Positions 37,971 through 50,169 of a DNA stretch of 64,000 bases are shown here, piece after piece; position 1 is the stretch's first letter, and every line of letters begins with the position of its first letter. Source of the DNA: Lama glama. Taxonomy: Eukaryota. The position numbers were made by a program, and so were the translations under genes. The DNA lies in contig CM052818.1 of NCBI GenBank assembly GCA_028534125.1, forward strand, positions 11,038,001 to 11,102,000, in the 5' to 3' direction. The notes beneath the pieces were generated by a model. That model had not been told where the DNA came from. It saw nothing but the letters and a program-made list of their open reading frames with translations, and did not search any database.

Positions 37971-39419
37971 CTACATGGTTTTAATAAATTATAATAATAT
38001 ATAGGTACTTATCAAGTAATTCATAGCATCCCGAGGATTATTTTTTGGTGACAAGCTTTGTTTAAAAAGATGTTATAACAGGTATCAAGAAATTCTTTTT
38101 CCGACATGATGCCTGTGTGTGCTGAAATTCAGTCACTATCTCAAGGAAAGGCTTCAAATATGCATGTCACCTAGCAGAGGTTCGGTGAACACATTTTTGT
38201 TACAAATAAATACTTTGATCATTAAAAACATAATTTACAGATTTGTTAATAAACATATTTATACCACAGAAAACATTTCATTAAAGGGTTCCTTTAAGCA
38301 ATAAATTAATCTAAAAAACAGAATAAGCATTGATCTTCTCAGACAGGTATATTTTATGCAAAATGTACTTGAATTATTGAGTATTTCATTTCAGTTGTTA
38401 ATCACATCCTGGTAAATCTGCACAATTATTGATCTTAGTTGTGAAAATCTTGAGACAATGATGCTTGACTGTTTGTTTGCTTTGTAAATTAGCATTACCA
38501 AGAAGCATCACAAAGTTCTTCTTACTTCGGGAAGTCACCACAGTTCTAAAATCTGGTGTTCAGCTTTGCCCTTGCAAGCTTTAAATGTTTATATCATTAG
38601 CATTTAAAGAATATAAGAATATATTCATCTCTCAGGGAGGAGGTTGCATTATCTAAGCTCACAGAACCTGATGAAAAAATAGAATTCTCAGTTTTCAATA
38701 ACTACAGATGTCACACACACAAAAAGGAGTATTTCTACTGACTTGAATGACTCATCCTCTTTCTATAGGAAGATTCAGTAAAGGAACCCCCGTAACCAGA
38801 AGGTGTACTGTCGAACAGGATATCAGAGCTAGGAAAGTATTTTGATCTGAATGTTTAATAGCAGTATAGTTGCATACACGCCAACAAATTCTTGTCCTAC
38901 TACCTAGTAACTGTGAGAGTTCGGTGCATTATTTTAACAGAGTTGAGAGTTGGGAGTCCTGCTCTTGAGCTGGCAAGAGATAAAAACTCTTACACTCTTA
39001 ATCAAACAATGCAGCTACAGTCAATTAACAGTATGCTCCCATATGAACAATCAACTATCAGCATTTCTCTACAAATAGATAACAAAAATGGTGGTGAATT
39101 AAAAAAAAATATATATATATATATATATTTTTATTTTGTCCAACAGTGGACGAGGCATAACTTAGAAGAAGGAAGAATGGGAGACATAAAAAGGGAGCAA
39201 ACACCACCACTCCCTTCCCACCCCCGCCATCAAATACACAGAGTCTGGCTTATGGAGATGGGGAGAAATGAGAAGGGAACACGATAATGCAGAGCCGTAG
39301 ACGATAAGAGAAAAAGGAAACTTCAGGAGGGAGAGAATAATCAACAGGGTTACATGTGACCGAGAGGTTACATAGCGTATTGGCTGCAAAAAGCCCCCTT
39401 ACACTTGGAAGTCCCAGAT

Positions 39420-39830
39420 TTGAGAAAGCTCTCTGAGTGAAGCGCAGTGAGTAAAACAGCTTTAGACTGTGAGAATGCGGATGGGGAGGTGGTCAAGAGC
39501 AGATCACTTCATTGAGGCAGAAAAAAGAAGGCAGAGGGAGTTTGAAGGCAGCGTTGAGGGAGAATTCTTATTCTTAATATATAAATTCTTAAGCTTATCT
39601 TTGGAAAGAAAGGAGGTCCAAGGAGTCCAAGAGGTAGTGGGGAGATGTAAAAATTATTTGTTGAGCACATACTATGTGTCTGACACTGTTTTCAGCATTA
39701 GATACTTGATGATGAAAAACTATGCAAAGATCTTTATGTTTTTGTGATTTACATTCTAGTGGGAAGATATGAGAAACAAAATAAGCAAAATACATAATTT
39801 GTTAGGTGCTATGGAGGGGAAATATCAAGT
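39420..39830 (-). mobile_element. L2 fragments including a 3' end
   Basis: tatttgttgagcacatactatgtgtctgacactgtt...tttacattctagtgggaaga. Confidence 0.7.
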
Positions 39831-42411
39831 AACATTCAGTCTTCTGAGGAGGAGAAAAGCCTCTCCCTCTAAGGAAAAAGGTAAAAATTTCAGATGAAAT
39901 TAGAGAGACACTCTTAAATGGAGAGAGGATTAGGACAATTAAGTCATTTTGTACACGAAAGTGGCCTTTTATCTCTGCTTTTTCTTAATACTTCTCATAG
40001 CCTATGTTTGTCAACACGTTGCTGGACTCCTTCTTCCCGTCACTGTATTTATGCAGGAATTAACACATGTTGGAAGACTAACTATTGATGTACAGTCTTG
40101 GTTCCTTCATCATGGAAGGCGATATAATTCACAGTTACCAGGGCAGTACATTTTCCAGTTACACATTCTACTGTCTCATTAGCTGTCATACGTCACCTGC
40201 ACCTACCTATCAGCTAGCACATTTTACTTCATTATGTGCCCACAGTCATCTTTAGTGACAATCAGCATATCGTGAATTGTCACAACAAGCCCTAATTTCA
40301 AGCAGTGAACAGTGTTTCAGTTGCATTTTCGAACAAGTTTATGTATATAACATGATTTCAGCAAATGAACTGAGTGTAATAGAATAGATTTCATGTCCCC
40401 CCCATATTTGTATATGGTATATTCCTTTTAACCATTGTTTTCAGAGTAACATCCAATTTTTCATGATAGATGGGAGACTCTACATTTGTAACCTCAAACA
40501 TAGTGCTTCATAGAGTTTAAAGAGCTTGCCCAAAGTCACCCAACATATCAAGGACTTCATCAGGGTCTTTGTAGGTTGGTTTTTCAGACTAGTTAGCAGT
40601 TTCAGAAACAATAAGGCAGTCTTGGAAAGGGTCTGTGTAAAAGTTCCCTGCAAGGGGAAAGACCTCCAGAGAAAGCAGATTCATTCAGCCTCAAGAGCCA
40701 AACTCTATCATCTTCCTTCTTTTTCCTTCAGAATCCTGTTTGTCTAAGACTGTAGTGTCATTTTCAAGCTTTTATTGGAGGTATACAGATGCTTTCAACC
40801 ACACGAATCTCGTGTCTAGTTGAGTCCCCGTTTGAATCCATGAACTGAAACAGTGAGATCTCCACGTCTGCATTGTGATGGGTGAACACTCAAAGTCCCA
40901 GTCTCACTACCGTTCTCTTTCTGACTCTGCCTTCTGGTATAGATGCCTGAGATCCAGGAACCCCACAGCATCCCTGACTCGAGACTTTGCCAAAATTGCC
41001 CTCTCAGTTAGAGAATGTTGGTTTCCATCCTATGACAAACTCAAGGCTAGTCTTTTACACTTCCAGCTCCTTCTTAGCACAGACCCTAGGCACTGCTGAA
41101 CTTCCCTCTAACTGCCTGATCCTTTTTAAAACAGTCTTTCCCTACTCCTCCTTGGCCTGAAATATCCTAAAACAACACGTCCAAGAATTCCCAGTCAGAA
41201 CTTTTCCCTCACTTATATAACCGGTGAAGCTACCAATACAGTTCAGGCAGTGGCCAATTTCATGTTCTCTCATTCCCTTAGAGTTTTCCACTTGGGCTAA
41301 TTTAATCCCCTCCCCAACACCAACCCCCTTTCCAAATCCATATTCAGTCTTCTTAGCGGGACGTAAAGGACATTAAGTCCTAAAGGTTTCTGCTAAATTT
41401 CTTCATTCCTCTTTTGCTAACAGGAGGAAGCTATGTGTTTCTGCTGGGTTTGCTAGTAATGGGATTTTTTTTTTCTCTTTTCCTTAACACAGTTCTATAA
41501 TTAATGCATGTTTCTTTGATTCTACATTTATATTTAACACATTTTAAAAGGTACAAAATGCCTTTTAAAGATGCTTCTCGTTCCCTTGTGATTATTTGAG
41601 TTCGGAGGAGCCATGTAAGGATTATGAGAGGAGCTCATAGGAAGGAGGGGTAGGCTATTGACAGAGACTCCCCAGAGCAGGAGCCATGTGAAGGGGAAGT
41701 TCATGGACTTGGAAACTCTTGCACCACCTGCTGGTAATTTAGGAAAGCAATTAAATGCCAGACGTGGACTGACGCGCTCACTGTGGCATTTGGGAGCAAC
41801 CACACTCCTTGGGTATCATTTTATCATCAGAGTCTGGAGGGCTGACAGACGCTGAGCTTGTGCTTAAACTTATGGAAAACTTAGTTTTGGCATCTTGCAT
41901 GCCTGGAAAACTGGCTGATTTTTAAAAGAATCTTTTCTCCTCCTTCCCTCAGTCCACTCCAATCATACCTCAGCCTCGGGAGAACTTCAGGTTTTTGGAT
42001 GCCTCTCTCTTTTCACTCTACTCCAACATTGCCTCCTTGGCACTTTCCTAAGTGGTCTCTTTCTTCTCCAGCCCCTGGAGCTCATTCCCAAAGAATAATG
42101 TCTACTGTGTTATTAGTTCAAAGTGCCCTGTGGCGTCAGATACCTGCAGATACTTAAAGACAGTGTGATTTCTGTGGTCTGCGGATCACCGGAGGGGGAG
42201 CTCTGGGGAGAAGAAGGATCAGTGCAAATTGGAACAAGGGCTCTTCTTGTGTCCGAGATGCCCGAGCTGCATCCCTCTCTGCCTTAGCGAACAGCCGGCA
42301 CTCATAGCACTGATAAGGAAGCTACTGGAAGCTACTTAGCATGTAATTGTCACTCAGTATGACTGACCACTATTCGGTAACTCTGAGATTTAAAGGATCC
42401 AGGTGTTTCTG

Positions 42412-42590
42412 CAGCCACAGTCTCAACTCATGCTGCATAAAACCACCTGGGGAGCTTGTTAAACTGGTAGATACCTGGGCCTTGTCCCAGAGACCCAGGT
42501 TTAATAAGTCCAAGTAGGGCTCTGGAATTTGCACTTCTAACGAGGCCTCCCAATGGTCCTGATGCTCAGACCACACTTTCAGAAACACTG
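42412..42590. mobile_element. hAT-Charlie MITE, MER5A-type
   Basis: tctcaac...ccacctggggagcttgttaaa...ctggaatttgcacttctaac...gaccacactttcagaaacactg. Confidence 0.8.
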
Positions 42591-42759
42591 AGAGCAGCCA
42601 GGAGAGTAAAATGTTCTCTCATTGCTTCCATTTCAAAAAATTGTTTCTCCAATTGTATCCTTTGTCCTTTTATCCCATCCTCTTTGTTGTGGCTGTTTTT
42701 CTGTAAGAAAAGCAGGATTACTGTTAACTGTTACAAAGTTAGAAAACAGAAGAATAAAA

Positions 42760-44000
42760 ATAAAAATTAAATAGCATAATCTAAATTCGTGGCTGAAGAG
42801 ATAACTCATGTTAAACTATTCACCTTGGTAGTATATTCTTTCAGAATTTTTATATACACACATAAAATATATATGTACATATCTATACATTAGAGGTCAT
42901 TTTGTTCATTTACACTATATCATAAATGTCTTTGCATGTTGACAAATCCATAACATCTTCATCATTTTACTGGCTATTTCATTAATCATACATTTATCTA
43001 TATATTGATTATTTAACCTTAGTGTTAAAAATTTAGATTTTCCCAAATAGTTCTATCCTTATAAACAAAGCTTTGCAGAACACTTCTGTGCATATGCCTA
43101 CTTGTTCAGCCTTTTTATTACTACAAATTTCTAGTGGTGAATTGTTAAGTCAAAGGATAATAGATTTTAAGGCTTTTGATAAGTTGCTAAATGTCCCCCC
43201 AAGAAATATTTTTTTAATGTTTTTTTTGCAATCCAGTGGGTTTTTATTATATTCAAAGTGTTATGCAACCATCACCAAGATCTCAGTTTAGAACATTTTC
43301 ATCCCCTAAAAAGAAATGCCAAATGCATCAGCTGTCACTCCCCATATCCCAAGAAATATTTTTTGATTTACCCTCTCAGCAGCTTATAAAAGTGAGGAAA
43401 TATACCCTTGCCAGTCCAGATATTATAATTAAAAAAAAAAACTATTACCCATATGGTCTGATATAAAAATTATTTTAATTTTGTTTAAGTTAAGTTTATT
43501 TGACTCATAGGATGAACTTTTTTTTAACTATATGATGGCCATTTAAAGTTCCAATTTCAGAACTGCTTATTCACATTCTTTACTGACTATATTTTTGCAA
43601 CATTTGCCTTTTTCTTACTAACTAGAAAGAACTGTTTGCATACTAAGTATATTTACACTTTATAGCTACATATTTTGAATATGTGCCCATATATTTCTTA
43701 AAACATTGGGTTTATGATATTTTAACTAGGTTGCTTTTTTATTGTACAGACATTGATTTTAATGCGGTAAAATGTATACTTTATTTTTAGTATTTCTATC
43801 TTCAACTTCATGTGTGGAAAGACCTACTTCAAAATTATATCAATATTGACTTAAATTTTCTTCCAGTATTTTCATGGTTTATTTTTATATGTAGATCTTT
43901 GATCCATCTGAAAATTTTGATACAAAAATTAACTTTATTTTCCATATTGTTAGTCTATTGTCCTAATAGCTTGTGAGTTCCTCTGTTTTTTATGAGAGAA
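42760..44000 (-). mobile_element. Old L1 (L1ME-like) 3' region
   Basis: tttctagtggtgaattgttaagtcaaagg and gtagatctttgatccatctg. Confidence 0.6.
43215..43347 (-). mobile_element. Short retrocopy of an L1MB-type 3'UTR segment with its own polyA and a perfect 17-bp TSD
   Basis: cccaagaaatatttttt at 43198-43214 and 43348-43364; T-run at 43220-43227; minus-strand AATAAA at 43243-43248. Confidence 0.8.
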
Positions 44001-44461
44001 AAATCCTGAACGGCAATCTTAAGTTGTATACATATGCATGGTCTGGGAGAAAAAAAAAATCTCTTTTTAGAGAGTCCTTCCTTATACTAGCTCCATGGAA
44101 AACTTTCTCTTGCAGTTATTTTGAGAATTGCTAAGCTATATGACTTCCAGAAGAAGCCACCAGCCTTCCCTTCCCTTCCCACTATCTGCAGGTCAGTAGG
44201 TTCCCAAAGACTGTTATGTCTCAGATCAGTCGACAAGCAAAGGAGAAGATAACAAAAGAAACCCAGTATGGTTTAATATCAAGATTTCATTTGTGCACTT
44301 CAATTCCCTTCCATTCTCTCCCAGTATTTTCCCCACTCCTCAACTGCAACAAGAGAGAGTGAAGTGAGCACAGTGTGAGGGCAGATGTGTCTTTTGACCC
44401 TGGCTTTGTCGCTGGGTGACCACTCATCTCTGAGTCGTTTGTGACATGGGTAGGTGTGCAC

Positions 44462-44846
44462 ACAACACAGTCTGCTTGGGCTGCCATAACAAGGGATCAG
44501 AGACTGGGCGGCTTAAACAATGGAAATGTGTCTTCCCACACTTCTGGAGAATAGAAGTTCAAGATCAAGGAACCAGCAGAGATGGTTTCTGCCGAAGCCT
44601 CTCTTCCTGGCTTTCAGAGAGCCAGCTTCTTGCTACATCCTCACTTGGCATTTCTGCTGAGCATGTGCCCAAAGAGCGATCTCTGGGGTCTCTTTCTCTT
44701 TTTGCGATGACACCTGCCTATTGGGTTAGAGTCCCTCCCTTATGACCTCATTTAACCTTATTTACCTCCTTAAAGGCCCCATCTCCAACTACACTTACAT
44801 TGGGGTTACCTTGCAAATTCTGTGGGGACACGATTTAGTCCATAAG
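44462..44846 (-). mobile_element. MaLR LTR (MLT1A0/MLT1A-like)
   Basis: gggctgccataacaa...ggcttaaacaa...gaagttcaagatcaagg...ttatgacctcatttaacctt...ggggacacgatttagtccataa. Confidence 0.9.
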
Positions 44847-44969
44847 AGTATGGACATCTAGATCTCAAGCAGATGTAGACATTTTGAACACACTTTTCAA
44901 ATAAGTGGCAGTGGCTTTGGGAGAAGGAGTCTAAAAATGCAAATTGCCTTTCCAGTGAAGTCAGTGAGT

Positions 44970-45200
44970 CTGTTTTTAACATGTCAAGTACACCCAGGGC
45001 TGTGCTAGAAGCCTTCAGGTGTTCAAAAGAAGCCTACAGCACAGTCCCTACCCTTCAAAAGCTTAGTTTCTTGAACTGGGAGGTGACGTCAACCTTTGAA
45101 ACAATGAAAGAATAACGCAAAACCCACTTTGATTAAGGGCAAGATGGGGTTTCAAATAATACACCTGTGCACTAGGCAATCAGCTAAGAGATGCGTCTTT
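44970..45200 (-). mobile_element. L2 fragment
   Basis: ccagggctgtgctagaag...cacagtccctacccttcaaaagcttag. Confidence 0.5.
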
Positions 45201-46689
45201 AGAGTTCAGATACTAAGGTGTGGTGAGCCTTTGGTCCTGCCCCTGGGACTTCAGAGGCAAAGCAGAAGGATGCATCACATTTCCTCTGAGAAAATGCCCT
45301 TGTTTGAGTGTTGGCTTGTTTCGAATGGAGGCAGGTAGCCCTTGTTCTGAGCTGGTGGAATCCAACTTCAGAGGACGCACAGAGAGGCCTGGCAGAGTGT
45401 TGTCACCCAGCACATCCCACACATTACCTCAGAGAAGGTTTTCTGGGGAGATCACAGGAGTCATTGGCATTTTGGACCAATAAAAGAGTGGAGATGGCAT
45501 CAGGGTTTTCTTTTCTGAAAATCAACATTATTTTAGAAAATGGAAGCCTGTGTGGGCTGAAGGGCAGGTTCCTGGTTGTCTGAACTAGTCATTCTAACCA
45601 GGCTTCTCATTTCTCAGAGAAGGAAGAAGGTGAGTTCATGGAGACAAGTGCCAGCTTTTTCACAGACAGGTAGTGGCAGGAGTGTTCCAACAGCAGAGAA
45701 TCCCAGACACCGGCCCGGTGAGAAGCCAGGCAGATCCAGCAGGGGCCGGAGGAGGGCAGGGCTGCGGGTCCTGCTAGCGGGGAGGGCACCCCAGCCCGGC
45801 TCCAGCTAACGGAGCAAATCTGGCCCCTTCTCCTGTGACACCCCTTTACTTCCTTCTGCCCCGTGCCACTTCCCTTGGAAAGCAGGTGGCTAAATACCTA
45901 GCTGTCAGCCCCACGAGTGGCGCTACCTGGAGTAGTTTAACCCACTGCAAGTGTTGTACCAATCACTCAGCAATTCCCACGGCTGCTTTTGTGAGAAGCC
46001 TCTCTCTTAAGCCTCTGGTTTAAGAATTTAGAGTAATCATGTAAAAATGATACCCCTGTGCTCCATGATCCGCTGAATCTCGCTAATGCCGGATCCCAGA
46101 AGAGGGCTTATTAATGGTGAGACGCAGTGCCTCTCTCTCGGCTCGTGTTTCACACGGATATCTCTTATGGATTCAGCTGTAAACCTCCCTGCTGATAAAG
46201 GGCGGATAATGAACCTCCCTGCTCCATGGAAGTGGGAGCGAGGGCTGACGGGGGAGTCCCCTGCTGCTCCTCCTGGCCCTGGGGCAGGGGCGAGGGGCGC
46301 GCTTCCCGGCTGTGGGAGACCAGGGAGCAGGGCCCCTTCCTCTTCCTCCTCAGGCTTTCCTCTGCCCTGGTGAAGGAGGCTGCATCTAAACACCTTGTTT
46401 TGGGAAAGCAGAAGTGCTATAACTTCTTAAACAGGTCCATCGCGATTGTCTTGTTCTCTAGTGCTCACAGGATGAAAGACTCCTCATTTTTGTGTAATTT
46501 CCATAAAAATAAAAAAGGCCTTGGAATCTCTGGATCCCATGATCTAGACCATTCTGGAGTATTTTGGGGCTCAGGAATCCACCCGCTTTGTTCTGACAGT
46601 GACCACGTGGCCGCTGCTTTCTCTAGTAGAAGTCTGTGAGGGGTGCTGCGCGGGAGGTAACAATTGCCCGTCTGGGCCCCACCATTCAC

Positions 46690-47050
46690 GGTCAGTCTCC
46701 ATCCAAAGTTAGCGAGAGAAATGACAACTCCTATCTTAGATGAGAAAGGCTTTCTAGAGCCCAGATCTAAGACTGGTTGGCACACGATAACCACAAAGCC
46801 CATTTCTGAACGTAGAGTTGCACACTTAAAGGGGCTCGAGTCTATATCAAGCTTTATCCTTTCCCAAACACTCACACCCAGTATCTCATTTGTGGCTTCA
46901 ACAGTCAGGCAGCGGGCTGAGAGGATCTTGTTCTAGAAATGCTGAAACTGAGGCACACACAGATGTTAGGCCACTGGCTAAAGCCACGCAAAGGCTGAGC
47001 GGTGGAACAAGGACCAGAATGTGGATTCCTGGGCTCCAGCAAAAGCTGCT
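46690..47050 (-). mobile_element. Two degenerate MIR core fragments
   Basis: cctatcttagatgagaaaggc and gaaactgaggcacacagatgttagg. Confidence 0.55.
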
Positions 47051-47559
47051 TTCAAAACGCCATTTCTCTCAAAGTAAGGGGTTACCGTGTCAGCTTATGT
47101 ATTGAAAATTAAGAAGAAAAAAAATGGCTCTCTGAAGAGATTAATGATTTTAACTAGACAGTTCACAAGGAAGATACTTTCCTCTGATTTTCCTCAAAGC
47201 ACAGGGTGACAGGTGAAACTTCAACCATTTGTCCCAAGTGCCCAAGCAGACGTCCTGGGCTGAAGCATCATTTATGCCTTCTCACGGGATGTACAGCTCG
47301 GGCCGTGGTTACTTTGGGGCACAGCCAGGGTTTTACTTTTGGAGATAATGCTCCCAGGTAATTGGCTGTCCTGGAAGAATGTTCTGGTGTCATTCAAACC
47401 ATGTTTCAGTCAACTGTGCAATCAAATCCTTGGAACAGCTGTCCTTTCCTGGAGAGTGAGGAGGACAAACACTGGAGAACTGAAATCTCAGTTCTGAAGG
47501 AGTAGCCAGGACCACTGCTTTTCAAACCAGTGCCCCTGCCAGTGGGACTTCTCTAGAAA

Positions 47560-47560
<1 letters not shown>

Positions 47561-47606
<46 letters not shown>
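47561..47606. repeat. (AC)23 microsatellite
   Basis: Directly visible perfect run. Confidence 0.97.
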
Positions 47607-47608
<2 letters not shown>

Positions 47609-50169
47609 CTGCAGATAACATTCATTGGCACTTTGTCATGAAAACTACTCTTTCAGTGAGTCCCCTCAGATAACCACTCCTGCCTCATCTGAACAGATCC
47701 TGCCATTTTAGATTTACTTTTCACTTACTTAACCTTTTTGAAAAAGCACCTCATTTTACTCACTGCTTATTGAATAAAGGATTAGTATTATTTTCCTTCC
47801 TCCAGTGAACTTTCTTGTACTTCATCGTTAGTAGACTGTATGTCTTTGTGTTTCTCTTGCCAAGATGTCACTGTAGAGCAAATCACAGGTCTTAATGCTG
47901 CCCAGTTCATGCAGTGATAACTTTTTATTCAGAATTGCTTGAGGTCATCTCAATAGGAGGAATGGGTAGGAATGAGAATTTACCCCCGACTTGAATTAAA
48001 ATAACTTCCAAGCACTTCCTAGAGCGGGAACAAAGATGAAAGGGGCCCCAAATTATAGGAGTGTTTGAAATAACAAGGCAAGGGTGTCCTTTGAAATAGA
48101 CTCAGCCACATTTGTTTGCCTTTAAGTCAGATCACCTTAACCAAGGACATTGGGTGGCAGGAACAAATGGTTAATGATTGTGGAAGGAACCTGGCCAATT
48201 GGCTTTTCTTCCTTTCTCTTTCTTTTCCTTATCTTTTTATATTATTATTTTTTTTTAACTTTGGCTAGAATGCCCAGTAGGAGTGCAGACTGGAAGATCG
48301 GCTGTCTTTTGAACTGGAGACATCACAGGAAACTGGGGAGGCTCCAAATTGCTAACCTGAGGCCGGAGCAAAAACTTTTCTTCGTTGAAGGGACTGCGGG
48401 TTTTTTTTTTTTTTTCTCCCTCCCCTTCATCGAATGGCATCCCAAGTCCTGCTGGATTGCAACTGTCTTTGTTCCTGCAGCCAAGCCTTATAGCTGGCTC
48501 ACACTCTGCCACGCTCATAACCTCATACTAGAAAGGAGATTACAAAGAGGGGCAAACACCCTAGAGGGCTCCCCTTTATCAGAACCTTCCCTGTCAGTTG
48601 GGCTCCTCATTTCCCGAGCCCTCGTCTGATTATTAGTGTACTGACGGAATAAAAATAACCTCATATTCCTACATGAATCATAAATAAAACCCTTTTATTT
48701 CATCAAAGAGGTTGGCAGGTTTATAGTCCTTTGCAATGCAGGCACGATGTGAATGACATACCTTTAATTTTGCTGACAAGCTCATCGGAGTTCAAATGAA
48801 AAAAGAGTGAAAAGTGGGTGACTTCGGAAACGGTTGTGCGGGAGCTTTTTGGTGAGGATAAATATTTCACCTTGCCACTGCAATCAGGGAGCCAACTGAT
48901 CTTGGTAATGAACTCTTCAATTACAGCACACTTCTGACTCTTCAAAACTGCCTATGCCAACAATACCACAGTGATTATTCCTGACGTTACAGACGGAAGC
49001 AACCCGAAAAGAAAGGAAGAAGGGGGAGAAAAGGAAGAGAAAAGAAGTGGTGTGGTGGGAAAAGAAAGCCATTGAAAGTTAGCATAGCCAGATCAGTAAA
49101 TGGGAAAAAGCTGTGGAGCTGGGCAACGGAAAAAGTGTGTTCCTTCTCCCCCACTCTTGTCTATTCCCCTCCCTGTCTAAACCGTCCTGATGATACTACG
49201 AATGCTCCACATTTTTATTAATCTAGGCTTGAGCTCTCCAAATCAGAGACCCCAACAATGAAAGCCTCCATTGTTTGTATAACCGGTTCCTTTGCCTTTG
49301 ATTTCTGTTAGGTTTGACATATGACGTCGTGAAGTCCTTCTTCCAAAGGATGCGAAGAGAAGCACGTGCAGCAGTGTTCTCGGTGCCAGCTTTCCTACAG
49401 GTAAATGTCTTGCTTCCTATTTAGAGTAAGAGAGAAGCAAAGGAAAGAAAGAAGCACTGGATGCTGGGTCTCTCGATTATTGACCTCATTTTTTTCCAGA
49501 GCCATAACAAAGCTTTGAAGATCAGGGTTTTAAGTGGTTAAAAAAAAAAAAGTAAAAGGGGAAAAATGGAAGATTTAAAAGTTAATTACTGGAAAAGGAA
49601 AGATGCCTCACTTTATGACAAGACCTTTTTGGCGAGTCAGTCCAAGACACAAGCTGAGAACTCAGCCCTAAAGGATGAGCTTTTACACCGGCTGGCTTTG
49701 GGGCTCCCAATTTAGCTGGGGATTTGTTTTACTTCACACTCCAGATTTTTCTCCATTATTTGAGAAATTTTAGCAAGAGAAATAGTTCCTACCAATGATC
49801 TGCAGGCTTCTTCTTATGAAAAACAGGTCAAACTTCGCAAGACATTAGACTCTTTAAGGCAGTTAAGCAAAACAGAAGAGCTGAAGGGAACTAGGAAAGA
49901 AAGTGTGCTTTTCTCTCCTCAGCTGAACTACGACCTTGAAAACAAAAGCCATGTTTTACGCTAATTGCATACCTTCCACAGAACCTACAATGCCACTAGT
50001 CTCTGGTTTTCTAGGTAACATAAGAAGTAGGGCAATGGTTACTCAGGTAGCCATTGGAGGCCAAGGGACTCTGGCTCTTTGACAGAGCTCTGAGATTCAA
50101 CCTCATGCATTCAGCCAATCCACAAGTTTTCAGACCATTCCGAGTGAGGTGGTTTTTTATTTCATGGGT

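Noticed and set aside
45908..45925. CTCF site (ccacgagtggcgcta)
   Set aside because: Needs several core mismatches or a gap to fit the motif
45600..46940. Cluster of overlapping ORFs, or a CpG-island gene start
   Set aside because: GC-rich patches give overlapping ORFs on both strands; no recognisable protein, and CpG density is too patchy for an island
48150..48629. 159-aa ORF
   Set aside because: Runs through poly-T tracts, has a TTG start and no recognisable homology
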